DNA from: a virus
Lineage: Duplodnaviria; Caudoviricetes
Length of the DNA: 48,487 bases
Reading direction: 5' to 3' (one strand)
IMG/VR virus record: IMGVR_UViG_3300044788_000021
Coordinates: 1 to 48,487 of that record
Shown: piece by piece, positions 1 to 9,049 of the stretch
Numbering within the stretch: the first letter of the stretch is position 1
Layout: each line of letters begins with the position of its first letter
Notes under the pieces: model-generated
What the model was told of the DNA's origin: nothing
Databases searched by the model: none
What the model saw: the letters and a program-made list of their open reading frames with translations, nothing else
Program-made: the position numbers and the translations under genes

Positions 1-11
1 GGCGCACTTCG
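1..11. repeat. Left copy of 11-bp terminal direct repeat (putative cos cohesive end)
   Basis: GGCGCACTTCG at 1-11 is identical to 48477-48487 and lies just upstream of the terminase small subunit gene, as in lambdoid cos phages. Confidence 0.75.
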
Positions 12-54
12 CGCTTTTGCTGTCCAGCTAAGACCATCGAAAGTCAATTGCGCC

Positions 55-588
55 TTGCGCATCGTCTCGAAATCAGCGTTCGGCAGGCTGCACGACGTCA
101 CGCATCAAACGGTCGACTATTGGGCGGCGCACGGCCACCTGGAATTGACGGCGGGCGGCCGGGTCAAGGTCGAGCCTTCCGACGTAAAACTTGAGGGCGC
201 GCGGCTCGGGAAATTTGCGATCGAGGACGAACCGCCTGGCGGGCCGCAGGAGATCGGCGAATTTCTGGCCGGGCTGATCGAGGGAAAATCCGGGACCAAG
301 TCGGCGTCCGGCCAGGTCAAGGACAGCGCGCTCGCCGGGCTGCGGGCGTTGGAATTTCAGCGCAAGGCCGGGGCGCTGATCGAACTCGACGCGGTGCAGA
401 CGCTTTTCTTCGAATTGTCCCGAGGGTTTCGCGACGCGCTCCTCAGCTGGCCGAGCCAGGTGGGTCCGCTAATCGCTGCGGACCTCGACCTGCCGGCGGG
501 GCGGGTGACTGAACTGTTGGAGCAGCATGTCAGAGCCCTTATCGCTGGAATGGGCGAGCCCGACTTCGGCGACCTCCTCAAAAATTGA
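55..588 (+). CDS. Terminase small subunit (Nu1-like)
   Basis: N-terminal HTH-like segment and C-terminal helical region (ALEFQRKAGALIELDAVQ...RDALLSWP); directly precedes the large subunit; TTG start uncertain. Confidence 0.85.
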   Translation: MRIVSKSAFGRLHDVTHQTVDYWAAHGHLELTAGGRVKVEPSDVKLEGARLGKFAIEDEPPGGPQEIGEFLAGLIEGKSGTKSASGQVKDSALAGLRALEFQRKAGALIELDAVQTLFFELSRGFRDALLSWPSQVGPLIAADLDLPAGRVTELLEQHVRALIAGMGEPDFGDLLKN

Positions 589-2686
589 GCTTCTCCGGCG
601 CGCATGGCGCCGCGGGTTTGCTCCACCACCCCTCATCAGCGTGCCGGAATGGGCGGACCGCTACCGGCGGATTGCGAAGCAGGAGGGGGGCGGAAACTGG
701 TCGACGGCCACGGCGGAGATCGCGCGCGGGCCGATGCTGGCGGTGACCGAGCCGGGCGTTCACGTCATCACCGCGATGGCGGCGACGCAGATGCTGAAGA
801 CGTCGCTGCTCCTCAACACGTTTGGCTACCTCGCGCACCTCGACCCCTGTCCCATCCTGCTGGTGCAACCGAAAGACGAGGCGGCACAGCAGTTTTCGAA
901 GGAGAGGATCACTCCGACGATCGCGGCGACGCCGGTGCTACGCAACATGGTTGGCACGATGAAGACGCGGTCGAGCGAGGAATCGATCGGTTATAAGCCG
1001 TTCCCGGGTGGGTTTCTGGCGATCGTGGGGGCGGGTTCGCCGACCAACCTGGCGAGCCGGCCGGCCCGGGTGATGCTTTTCGACGAGATCGACAAATACG
1101 AGGTCGGCCGCGAGGGCGACCCGATTGCGATAGGCGAGGAGCGGACGGCGCGGTTTGCGAACTGGCTGTCTATCCGCTGCTGCTCACCGACGGTCGAGGA
1201 AGAAAGCCGGATTGCGTCGAGCTACGCGGAGTCAGACCAACGCCGCGCATCGGTAGCCTGCCCGCATTGCGAACACCGGCAGTTTCTGGATTTCACCCGG
1301 CACGTGGAGTGGGGCAAGGGCGAAAGCGGCGAACACCTGACCGCGACGGCGCTGCTCTATTGCGAGGCGTGCGGCGCCGGGTGGTCAGAGGGCGAGCGGC
1401 TGCGGGCGTTGCAGACGATCCGATGGCACCAGACGCGGGCGTTCACTTGCTGCGGTAAGAGCCATGTTCCGCTCGCCGATTATGACGCGGCGTGGCGCGG
1501 CGGTGGCGCGGCGGTGGCGCAAACTTGGGATTGGTGGGCCGGCCCGCGCTGGGCGGTCTATCGGGCGCGCTGCCCCGATTGCGGCGCCTGGCCGGTGCCG
1601 AACCACCACGCCGGATTTCAGGCGTCGAAGCTCTACAGCCCCTGGCCGAAGGATCGGCCGGCGGATATCGCGACGAAATGGATTGCCGCGCAGGCCAATG
1701 AGGACCTGCTCCAGGTCTGGTGGAATACGCAACTGGGGATGCCATACCGGCGCAAGGCCGGGATCGAGGTTGAGCCCGACGTGCTCATGGCGCGCCGCGA
1801 GGTATACGGGGCCGACATACCGGACGGGGTCGCGGTCATCACGATCGGCGGGGACTCGCAGGGCGACCGGATCGAGCTTGAGGTGGTCGGCTGGGGGTAT
1901 GACGAAGAATCGTGGTCGATCGCCTACGAGGTGTTCGACGGCGACCAGGAGACGCCGCGGTTCTGGGAACAGGTCAGGGAGTACTTGACGCGGCGCTGGC
2001 TGCGCGCCGACGGCGTGCCGTTTGTTGCGATGGCGGCGTGCATCGACTCGGGCGGCAACCACACGCAGGCGGTCTACAATTTCTGCCGCGAGAATGCTTC
2101 GCTCATGCAGGGCGGAGTGCATGCGATCAAGGGCGCGAGCGAACGTTCGGGCCAGCGCTCGCCGGTTTGGCCGGCGATCAGGAAGGCGCGGAAGGCGAGG
2201 ACCGGTGGGTTTCGCCCGGTGATGATCGGGACCAACGCGGCAAAGGACAGCATCTCATCGCGGATGCAGATAATCGAGCCGGGGCCGGGCTACATGCATT
2301 TCCCGGCCTATTGGGACCGGGCGCGGTTCGACCAACTGACCGCGGAGCGGCTCGTGCCGAAGCGCGTCGGGGGTTGGACGTTTCGGGTATGGCAGCCGCG
2401 GCCAGGGCGCTCGAACGAAGCGCTCGACTGCCGCGTCTACTCCTACGCCGCGCTGTGCGCGCTGATGCACCGCGGCATGAGACTAAACGCCTTTGCCGAG
2501 CAGGTGGGGGCGACGAGGAATAATCCGCTGGTGCTGCTGGGAACGTCAGAGGCGGAGCGGATCGACGCGGTGCGCGAGCGCTCGACGCCGGTGCCGGTCA
2601 CGCCGCCGTGGATGATCCCGGCGACGGCGCCGGCGAGACGGCCGTCGAGTTGGCTGGGGCCGCGGCGCGAGAGGTGGTTGCGATGA
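527..2686 (+). CDS. Terminase large subunit, lambda GpA family
   Basis: SVPEWADRYR, deviant Walker A (ATQMLKT), Walker B (MLFDEIDKY), GDP, SPT, CPHC/CEAC zinc motif, GGDSQGDRIE, CIDSGG and NEALDCRVY nuclease motifs. Confidence 0.95.
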   Translation: MSEPLSLEWASPTSATSSKIELLRRAWRRGFAPPPLISVPEWADRYRRIAKQEGGGNWSTATAEIARGPMLAVTEPGVHVITAMAATQMLKTSLLLNTFGYLAHLDPCPILLVQPKDEAAQQFSKERITPTIAATPVLRNMVGTMKTRSSEESIGYKPFPGGFLAIVGAGSPTNLASRPARVMLFDEIDKYEVGREGDPIAIGEERTARFANWLSIRCCSPTVEEESRIASSYAESDQRRASVACPHCEHRQFLDFTRHVEWGKGESGEHLTATALLYCEACGAGWSEGERLRALQTIRWHQTRAFTCCGKSHVPLADYDAAWRGGGAAVAQTWDWWAGPRWAVYRARCPDCGAWPVPNHHAGFQASKLYSPWPKDRPADIATKWIAAQANEDLLQVWWNTQLGMPYRRKAGIEVEPDVLMARREVYGADIPDGVAVITIGGDSQGDRIELEVVGWGYDEESWSIAYEVFDGDQETPRFWEQVREYLTRRWLRADGVPFVAMAACIDSGGNHTQAVYNFCRENASLMQGGVHAIKGASERSGQRSPVWPAIRKARKARTGGFRPVMIGTNAAKDSISSRMQIIEPGPGYMHFPAYWDRARFDQLTAERLVPKRVGGWTFRVWQPRPGRSNEALDCRVYSYAALCALMHRGMRLNAFAEQVGATRNNPLVLLGTSEAERIDAVRERSTPVPVTPPWMIPATAPARRPSSWLGPRRERWLR

Positions 2687-2889
2687 GCGATTACACGGAG
2701 ACCGAGCTATCGGCGCTGCGCCGCGCCTATGCCTCCGGCAGGCTGCGGCTCGACTACGAGGGGAAGAGCGTCACCTATGGCTCGGCGGAGGATCTGTTGA
2801 GCCGGATTCGGGAGATCGAGCGCAGCACGGCGACCACGCCGCGGCGGACGGTCGCCTTTGCCGGGTTCCGCAAGGGGTTTGTCGGCTGA
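2683..2889 (+). CDS. Head-tail joining protein, gpW-like
   Basis: ATG overlaps the terminase stop (ATGA); MSDYTETELSALRRAYASGRLRLDYEGKSVTYGS pattern; position between terminase and portal. Confidence 0.85.
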   Translation: MSDYTETELSALRRAYASGRLRLDYEGKSVTYGSAEDLLSRIREIERSTATTPRRTVAFAGFRKGFVG

Positions 2890-4445
2890 TGGCAGCATTC
2901 GCGATCCCGCGTCGCCTCAACTGGCTCGACCGCACGATAGCGGTATTTGCCCCGCGGGCGGCCTACAGGCGCGGTGTTGCCCGAGCGGCGCTAGATGCCC
3001 CGGTTGCGAAGCGAGGCTATGAGGGCGCCGCTGTAGGGCGACGCACGGACGGTTGGATCGCGGGGCGCAGTTCGGCCGACGCAGAAATCTCTCGGGCACT
3101 GGTCCGGCTGCGCAACCGAGCCCGCGACCTGACGCGCAACAACCCGCACGCCCGGAAGGCAATCGCGGTCTGGACCTCGAACATAGTCGGCACTGGTATC
3201 ATGCCGCGGGCGCGCTCCGGCAACGCGGCGATCGACAGGGCGGCGAACGAACTGTGGCTCGAATGGTCGGCGGTCGCCGACGCCGACGGGCAACTCGACA
3301 TGGGCGGGCTCCAGGAACTGATGATCCGGGAGATGGTTGAGGGCGGGGAAATCCTGGTGCGCCGCCGGCTGCGGCTGCCGCAAGACAACCTGCCGGTTCC
3401 GTTGCAACTGCAATTAATGGAGGGCGATCTCCTCGACGAAAGCCGGTCGATCAATCTCGGCCCCCGAAACATCGTCAGCGGGATCGAGTTCGACGCGATC
3501 GGTCGCCGGTCGGCCTACTGGCTTTTCCCGGGGCACCCCGGCAACGCGAGCCTGCTACCGACCGCGAACATCATCAGCGCGCCGGTGCCGGCAAGCGAAA
3601 TCGTCCACCTCTACCGGAAGGAGCGCACCCAGGTCCGCGGCACCCCTTGGGGCTCGGCGGTCATCCAGCGGCTGCGCGACGTCGACGACGCGACCGACGC
3701 GGACATCCTGCGGATGAAGATCCAGTCATGCATCGTCGCGATCGTGCTCGGCCGGGACGGCGACAGCATCGCGCCGGGGACGCAGAATGGACTTTTCGTC
3801 AAGGACGCGAACGGGAACCCGATCGAGCAATTCGAGCCTGGCCTCATCGCCTATAGCGAGACCGGCGGGTCCGTCGAGTTCAACACCCCGACCGCCGCCG
3901 GTGGGTTTGCGGAGTTTCACAAGCTCGGCCTGCACAGCATCGCGGCCGGGTATCTCGTCCCCTACGAGCTCCTGACCGGCGATCTGAGCGAGGTCAATTT
4001 CAGCTCGGCCCGGGTCGGCCTCGTCGAATTCCGCCGGCTCGTCGAGGCGATCCAGTGGTTGTGCATCATCCCGATGGCGCTGGGGCCGATCTGGAGCTGG
4101 TTCTGCGAGGCAGCCTATCTCGCCGGCAAGCTGCCGATGCGCGAAATCCCCTGCGATTGGGATACGCCGGCTTTCGAGAGCGTCAATCCGATCGACGACA
4201 TGAACGCCGACCAGATCGGGACGCGCTCCGGGTTCGACTCGCTGTTTTCGGTAGTCGCGCGGCGGACGGGGCGCAACCCGCGCGTGGTCCTCGCGGAGAT
4301 CGCCGAAGCCAACGCGCTGGTCGACGAGCTCGGGCTCATCCTCGACAGCGATCCCCGGCGCACCGCGCGCGCCGGTACCGAGCAGCCCACCACCTCGCCG
4401 GCGCCCCAGCCGGGGCAGCGGCCCCCTCTGCGGAGTGTATCGTGA
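2889..4445 (+). CDS. Portal protein, lambda family
   Basis: LRNRARDLTRNN, GIEFDAIGRRSAYW, QVRGTPW and GDLSEVNFSSAR motifs of lambda-type portals. Confidence 0.95.
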   Translation: MAAFAIPRRLNWLDRTIAVFAPRAAYRRGVARAALDAPVAKRGYEGAAVGRRTDGWIAGRSSADAEISRALVRLRNRARDLTRNNPHARKAIAVWTSNIVGTGIMPRARSGNAAIDRAANELWLEWSAVADADGQLDMGGLQELMIREMVEGGEILVRRRLRLPQDNLPVPLQLQLMEGDLLDESRSINLGPRNIVSGIEFDAIGRRSAYWLFPGHPGNASLLPTANIISAPVPASEIVHLYRKERTQVRGTPWGSAVIQRLRDVDDATDADILRMKIQSCIVAIVLGRDGDSIAPGTQNGLFVKDANGNPIEQFEPGLIAYSETGGSVEFNTPTAAGGFAEFHKLGLHSIAAGYLVPYELLTGDLSEVNFSSARVGLVEFRRLVEAIQWLCIIPMALGPIWSWFCEAAYLAGKLPMREIPCDWDTPAFESVNPIDDMNADQIGTRSGFDSLFSVVARRTGRNPRVVLAEIAEANALVDELGLILDSDPRRTARAGTEQPTTSPAPQPGQRPPLRSVS

Positions 4446-4657
4446 AAAACGAGAGCAAGACGGCCAGCGCGGGCCAGCGGCTTATGGAGCGCGCCCAGGC
4501 GAAGCTCGCCGAGCATCAGCCGGTCACCGTCACGACGCAGGATGACGCGACGCAAATCGAGATCCCGGAAACGCAGCTTGACCGTATCGAGCGCGTGATT
4601 GCCGATCTCGCCGAGCGGGTCGCGCGGATCGACAAACGCGATCGCTTCAAGGATTGA
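4442..4657 (+). CDS. Small hypothetical protein (71 aa) with a C-terminal coiled coil
   Basis: GTG overlaps the portal stop (GTGA); fills the gap before the protease; 3' part of track ORF 4055..4657. Confidence 0.55.
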   Translation: MKNESKTASAGQRLMERAQAKLAEHQPVTVTTQDDATQIEIPETQLDRIERVIADLAERVARIDKRDRFKD

Positions 4658-4665
4658 GGCCGCAC

Positions 4666-5307
4666 ATGGAAGGCACGATTAGCTTGCCGTTGATGCTGCG
4701 GGAAGGAGCCCTATCGCCCGGCTCGTTCGACGCGGACAAGAACACCGTCGATATGGTGTTCACGACCGGCGCCACGGTACGCCGCGCCAAGTTCACTTGG
4801 AATGACGGGATGCAGGAGTTCGACGAGGAGTTGATTGTCAGTGCCAAAGCGGTGCGGCTCGACCGGCTCAACCAAGGCGCGCCCTTCCTCGACACGCACA
4901 GCACCTATTCGCTTTCCTCGATCATCGGCGCCGTCGTCCCGGGTTCCGCGCGCATCGCGGGCGGCCAGGGCCTCGCTCGGGTGCAGCTGTCGCGCGCCCC
5001 CGACGATTTCGCGACGGTCCAGAAGATTTCGGACGGCATCATCAGGAACGTCTCGGTCGGCTACCGCATCCACGGGGTGGAACGAATCGAGAAAGACGGT
5101 CAGATGCCGCTCGTGCGGGTCATCGATTGGGAGCCGATGGAGTTGTCGGCGGTGCCGATCGGTGCCGATGCCGGGGCGGGCATCCGCTCGGCCGAAGAGA
5201 GCTATCCGTGTCTTGTCACGGTCGAGGCGCCCCGACACGCGCCGTTAGGGCATGCAATCCGCATGCGAATGAAACAGCGGCATCTGGGCCGGCTGGTTCA
5301 CCGATAA
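4666..5307 (+). CDS. Prohead (maturation) protease, HK97 type
   Basis: PFLDTH, RNVSVGY and WEPMELSAVPIGAD motifs; GAGG RBS before ATG 4666. Confidence 0.9.
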   Translation: MEGTISLPLMLREGALSPGSFDADKNTVDMVFTTGATVRRAKFTWNDGMQEFDEELIVSAKAVRLDRLNQGAPFLDTHSTYSLSSIIGAVVPGSARIAGGQGLARVQLSRAPDDFATVQKISDGIIRNVSVGYRIHGVERIEKDGQMPLVRVIDWEPMELSAVPIGADAGAGIRSAEESYPCLVTVEAPRHAPLGHAIRMRMKQRHLGRLVHR

Positions 5308-5319
5308 GGGAGACCGACG

Positions 5320-6861
5320 ATGAACTACGAACAGCTGCTGGCCCAGTATCGGGCGGGCGGGACGCTGACGCTCGACCAATTGCGCTTTCTCTTCGGCGAG
5401 TTGATCACGCGCGCGGAGGCGATGCCCGGCACGATCACGGCCGAAACGCCGGCGGCCGATGCGGAGCGCATCGAAGGCGAGCACACGGCGGCGCTCGCGG
5501 AACTCGCGCGCGTCGGCGGCCAGGTCGCCGAGATGGAGCGCGCCCGCCACATTGCCATAACGCAGCCGGCCTCGGATGAGATGCGCTCGGCAATTGCGGC
5601 CGAGCGCGCCCGCATCGGGACGATCCAGGATGACGGGCGCCACTTCGGGCTCGACGACGCCTTCATCCAGCGGCACATCGCCGACGGCACCGAGGCGACG
5701 GCTTTCCGGCTGGCGATCCTCGACGACCTCCGCACGAATTCGGAGCGCAATCCGGTTTTCAGCCAGGTCGAGATCACCCGCGACGAGGGCGAGACCCGCC
5801 GAGCGGGCATGACCGCGGCAATCGTCGCACGCCTCGCGCGCGCCGGTGGGCAACGTGGCGGCGAGGTGCCGGCGATCGCCCAGCCGTGGGCCGAGCGCGA
5901 CCTCGTCGAGATCGCCGCCGACTGCATCGGCTGGCGCGGCCCCCTGCGCACCGCGCGCCAGGTCGACGAGATGTTTCACCGCGCATTCCTGACGACCTCG
6001 GATTTTCCGGATATCTTCACAAACGCCCTGAATGTCCGGCTCCTCGCCCGCTACCAGATGGCGGCGCCGACGTACCGGCTCTGGGCGGCGCAGACCACGG
6101 TGCCCGATTTCCGCGCGTCACCCGTCATCCGCGCCGGCGATTTCCCGGCGCTGCAACTCGTCAACGAGGCAGGCGAGATCAAGTCGGGAGCCTTCAGCGA
6201 GAGCAAAGAGACGTTCCAAGTCTACGCCTACGCGGTGATGCTCAACATCACCCGGCAGATGATGGTCAACGACCAGCTCAACGCGATTGAGCAGGTGTTG
6301 GGCTCGGCGGGTGAGCGGGTCGCGGATTGGGAGAACGTGCAGGCCTATGCGAGCATGCTCCTCAATGATGTGGGGCCCACGCTCCTCACCGATTCGAAGG
6401 CCGTGTTCCACGCCGACCACGGCAACTTCACGACCACGGGAACCGCGATCTCGGTCACCAGCATGGGCGTCGCCCGCGCCTTGATGATGCGGCAGACGAC
6501 CCTCGATGGGCTGAAGGCGAACTTCACCCCGGTTACGCTCCTCACCAGCCCCGAGGTCATGACCGTGGCAGAGCAGCTGATAACCGCGATCACCCCGGCG
6601 ACGAATGCGACCGCGGTGCCGGAATCGTTGCGCCGGGTTGCGGTGGTTGGCGACGCCAACATCACCGGAACGCCGTGGTTCCTCTTCGCCAGCCCCCAGG
6701 TCGCGCCGACATTTCAGTACGGCTACCTCTCGGGGTTCGAGGGGCCGCGCCTTTCGAGCGAGGACGTGTTCGACGTGCAGGGGATGCGGGTCAAGCTCGA
6801 ACATGATTTCGGGGTCGGCGCGATCGACTACCGCGGCGCCTACCGCAACGACGGCGCGTAA
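5320..6861 (+). CDS. Major capsid protein with N-terminal scaffold-like region
   Basis: TTSDFPDI, VPDFR, EAGEIK and C-terminal KLEHDFGVGAIDYRG motifs of the capsid family often fused to prohead proteases; position. Confidence 0.9.
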   Translation: MNYEQLLAQYRAGGTLTLDQLRFLFGELITRAEAMPGTITAETPAADAERIEGEHTAALAELARVGGQVAEMERARHIAITQPASDEMRSAIAAERARIGTIQDDGRHFGLDDAFIQRHIADGTEATAFRLAILDDLRTNSERNPVFSQVEITRDEGETRRAGMTAAIVARLARAGGQRGGEVPAIAQPWAERDLVEIAADCIGWRGPLRTARQVDEMFHRAFLTTSDFPDIFTNALNVRLLARYQMAAPTYRLWAAQTTVPDFRASPVIRAGDFPALQLVNEAGEIKSGAFSESKETFQVYAYAVMLNITRQMMVNDQLNAIEQVLGSAGERVADWENVQAYASMLLNDVGPTLLTDSKAVFHADHGNFTTTGTAISVTSMGVARALMMRQTTLDGLKANFTPVTLLTSPEVMTVAEQLITAITPATNATAVPESLRRVAVVGDANITGTPWFLFASPQVAPTFQYGYLSGFEGPRLSSEDVFDVQGMRVKLEHDFGVGAIDYRGAYRNDGA

Positions 6862-6923
6862 GCCGCACCTCCCAGGACTCGGCGGCGACGCCGCTGAACC
6901 ACATCTGATGAACGGAGACCACC

Positions 6924-7622
6924 ATGATAAATTACGTTCAAGAGGGCGAGACTTTGACCCTCGCCGCGCCGACCGGCGGCGTTAGCAGCGGCGACGGCAT
7001 GCTCGTCGGCGACCTGTTCGGCGTAGCGTCCTACGATGCGCTCGTCGGGGTCGACGTCGAGTGCGCGCTGTGCGGCGTCTTCGACCTAGCCAAAGTTTCG
7101 GCGCAGGCGTGGACCCAGGGCGCCTCGGTGTACTGGGACGATAGCGCGAAGCTGGTCACCACGACCGCATCGACGAACACGCCGATCGGCCATGCGGCCA
7201 TCGCCGCGGCCAACCCCTCGGCCACCGGCCGAGTGCGGCTGGAGCATGGGCCCGCCGGGGTCGCCGGCCCGGGCGGGGCGCCGTCGCTCAACGCCACGAT
7301 CGCTCTCACCAACGGTGACAGCGGCTATGTCGTCGCGCCAGCAGCGGGGAATATCACCCGGATCGATACCGTCCTCCTCGGCGGCGCGGTCACCACCAAC
7401 GACGCCGTCTGTACCTTCAAGATCGGTGCGGCGGGCGCCGGCGTGGCGATCACCACCGGGGTCATCACGATCACCGCGTCGGGTTCGGCGATCGGCGACA
7501 AGGACACCTGCTCCCCGACCGCGGCGCGCGCCGTCGTTGCGGGCGACCTGATCTATTGCTCAGTCTCCGGCACGCCGGGCGGCTCGCGCACGGCGACAGT
7601 CTCGATCCTGATCCAGCCGTAA
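6924..7622 (+). CDS. DUF2190-like capsid cement/decoration protein with an extra C-terminal beta domain
   Basis: MINYVQEGETLTLAAPTGGVSSG...GVFDLAK...VYWD...GRVRL in the first ~110 aa, followed by ~120 extra residues. Confidence 0.8.
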   Translation: MINYVQEGETLTLAAPTGGVSSGDGMLVGDLFGVASYDALVGVDVECALCGVFDLAKVSAQAWTQGASVYWDDSAKLVTTTASTNTPIGHAAIAAANPSATGRVRLEHGPAGVAGPGGAPSLNATIALTNGDSGYVVAPAAGNITRIDTVLLGGAVTTNDAVCTFKIGAAGAGVAITTGVITITASGSAIGDKDTCSPTAARAVVAGDLIYCSVSGTPGGSRTATVSILIQP

Positions 7623-7631
7623 GCCTGCCTG

Positions 7632-7979
7632 ATGCCGGACTGGACCGGCGAGCTGCTGCGACCGCTCTATGCCGAATTTGGCGTGCCGGCGGTCCTGCGG
7701 CTGGATACCGGGACATTCGACGACATGGCGGCCATGGATATGACTGCTGGCGCCACGCTCGACGGCGGCGGCGTGTCGCTGGAGACGGTGAAGCCGCTTG
7801 CACTGCTGATCCGCGGCGATCTGGACGAGCGTGGAATCCTCTTGGAGCAACTCGACGACGGGTCGATCACGCTTAACGGCAAGAGTTGGACGATCAAGGC
7901 GCACCGGATGCAGCCCAGCACCAACGGTGAGGCCGATGGTGAGGTCGCGCTGATGCTGGAGGCTGAGCCGGTTTTCTAG
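7632..7979 (+). CDS. Head-tail joining / head closure protein
   Basis: Size, position after the cement gene, beta-barrel-like pattern (DGSITLNGKSWTI...GEVALML). Confidence 0.65.
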   Translation: MPDWTGELLRPLYAEFGVPAVLRLDTGTFDDMAAMDMTAGATLDGGGVSLETVKPLALLIRGDLDERGILLEQLDDGSITLNGKSWTIKAHRMQPSTNGEADGEVALMLEAEPVF

Positions 7980-7994
7980 GAAAGGGCGAAAACA

Positions 7995-8168
7995 ATGCCG
8001 TTCACGGCTCTTAAAGACTTCTTTTCGGAGGAAACACGCAGTCAGTACTGCGCCGGGCTCAGCTATACGGCGCGGACCGATAAGTTGCTCGCGCTCGTCG
8101 AGAAATGGGTCGCCGAAGGCAAGGTCAAAATCGGCGGCCCGGCCGCTGAAGTGACAGGTGAGGGATAG
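7995..8168 (+). CDS. Small hypothetical protein (57 aa)
   Basis: Read directly: MPFTALKDFFSEETRSQYCAG...EVTGEG-stop; below track cutoff; tightly packed between neighbours. Confidence 0.6.
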   Translation: MPFTALKDFFSEETRSQYCAGLSYTARTDKLLALVEKWVAEGKVKIGGPAAEVTGEG

Positions 8169-8171
8169 ATC

Positions 8172-8549
8172 ATGTCTGTCACGCATCCGACAGCGACCCG
8201 CACGGCGATAGCAGATTTTGTTGTCGATCGGCTCGACGCAGGAACGCCGCCCGGGCACATCGTCATGCAGACCTCGGGCGCCGTTACTGTTGCTACGCTG
8301 ACTTTGGCAAGCACGGCATTCGGGGCAGCCGCGGCCGGGGTTGCGACGGCCGCGGCCATCGTTTCGGATACCAATGCGGTCGGCGGGACGATCGCCAAGG
8401 CGGAATTCCGAAATGCCGCCGGGACGGCCGAGATCCTGTGTTCTGTCACGGCGACCGGTGGAGGCGGCGACATCACCCTATCCTCGGTGGTGATCTCGGC
8501 GGGGCAAACGGTGGCGGTGACCAGCCTGACCTACACCGCCCCACCGTAA
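8172..8549 (+). CDS. Small Ala/Thr/Gly-rich beta-sandwich virion protein (fibre subunit candidate)
   Basis: DRLDAG...ATLTLASTAFGAAAAG...GGGGDITLSSVVISAGQTVAVTSLTYT pattern typical of small phage fibre-associated proteins. Confidence 0.65.
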   Translation: MSVTHPTATRTAIADFVVDRLDAGTPPGHIVMQTSGAVTVATLTLASTAFGAAAAGVATAAAIVSDTNAVGGTIAKAEFRNAAGTAEILCSVTATGGGGDITLSSVVISAGQTVAVTSLTYTAPP

Positions 8550-8599
8550 GGCCGCGAAATGCCTCGTCCCCGGATCATCCGGTTTAGTGGAGACTTAAA

Positions 8600-8872
8600 T
8601 TGGCAGCAACGAACATCGTCCTCGTCATCAACAGTTCCGGGTCCACCTCGATCACCTTCACGCCGGTCGGACCGTTCATGGAGCCTGTCGCGCAGGGGAC
8701 TGTGCTTGGCATATTCTCGGTCACGCCGACCGGATGGTCAGGAACGGTTGTTATCAGCGGGGCCGACGCAGCCAGCGTAGTTCTCAACATGGTCGCCGGC
8801 GTGCCTACGCTCGCGGCCGCCGCGGTGCTTTCAGCGGGAACCTACAACTTGACGGCAACATCGAGCCCCTGA
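8600..8872 (+). CDS. Small cadherin/Ig-like protein
   Basis: GGAGA RBS, TTG start; GTVLGIFSV...ISGADAASVVL...LSAGTYNLTATS resembles a cadherin-like domain. Confidence 0.55.
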   Translation: MAATNIVLVINSSGSTSITFTPVGPFMEPVAQGTVLGIFSVTPTGWSGTVVISGADAASVVLNMVAGVPTLAAAAVLSAGTYNLTATSSP

Positions 8873-8875
8873 GCG

Positions 8876-9049
8876 ATGCCCGCATCAACAAGTTTTTCGC
8901 TGGTTGTCGGCGGCGGGCCGGTGCCCGCGCCTTTAATTATATTCACAGCGAGTGGCGCGTTGACGGCACAAGTGGCGCCCTGTGCTCTTACCGTGCTCCC
9001 GGCTAACGCGTTGGGAACGGTGGTTGTCGTCACGGTCGCGAACTCGTGA
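8876..9049 (+). CDS. Small beta-rich hypothetical protein (57 aa)
   Basis: Read directly: MPASTSFSLVVGGGPVPAP...VVVVTVANS-stop; stop overlaps the GTG of the next gene (GTGA). Confidence 0.55.
   Translation: MPASTSFSLVVGGGPVPAPLIIFTASGALTAQVAPCALTVLPANALGTVVVVTVANS

Noticed and set aside
1385-6804. Many long antisense and alternate-frame ORFs (e.g. 1385-2122, 5245-5979, 6118-6804)
   Set aside because: Expected shadow ORFs in GC-rich DNA; Arg/Pro-rich, without motifs, and overlapping well-supported genes
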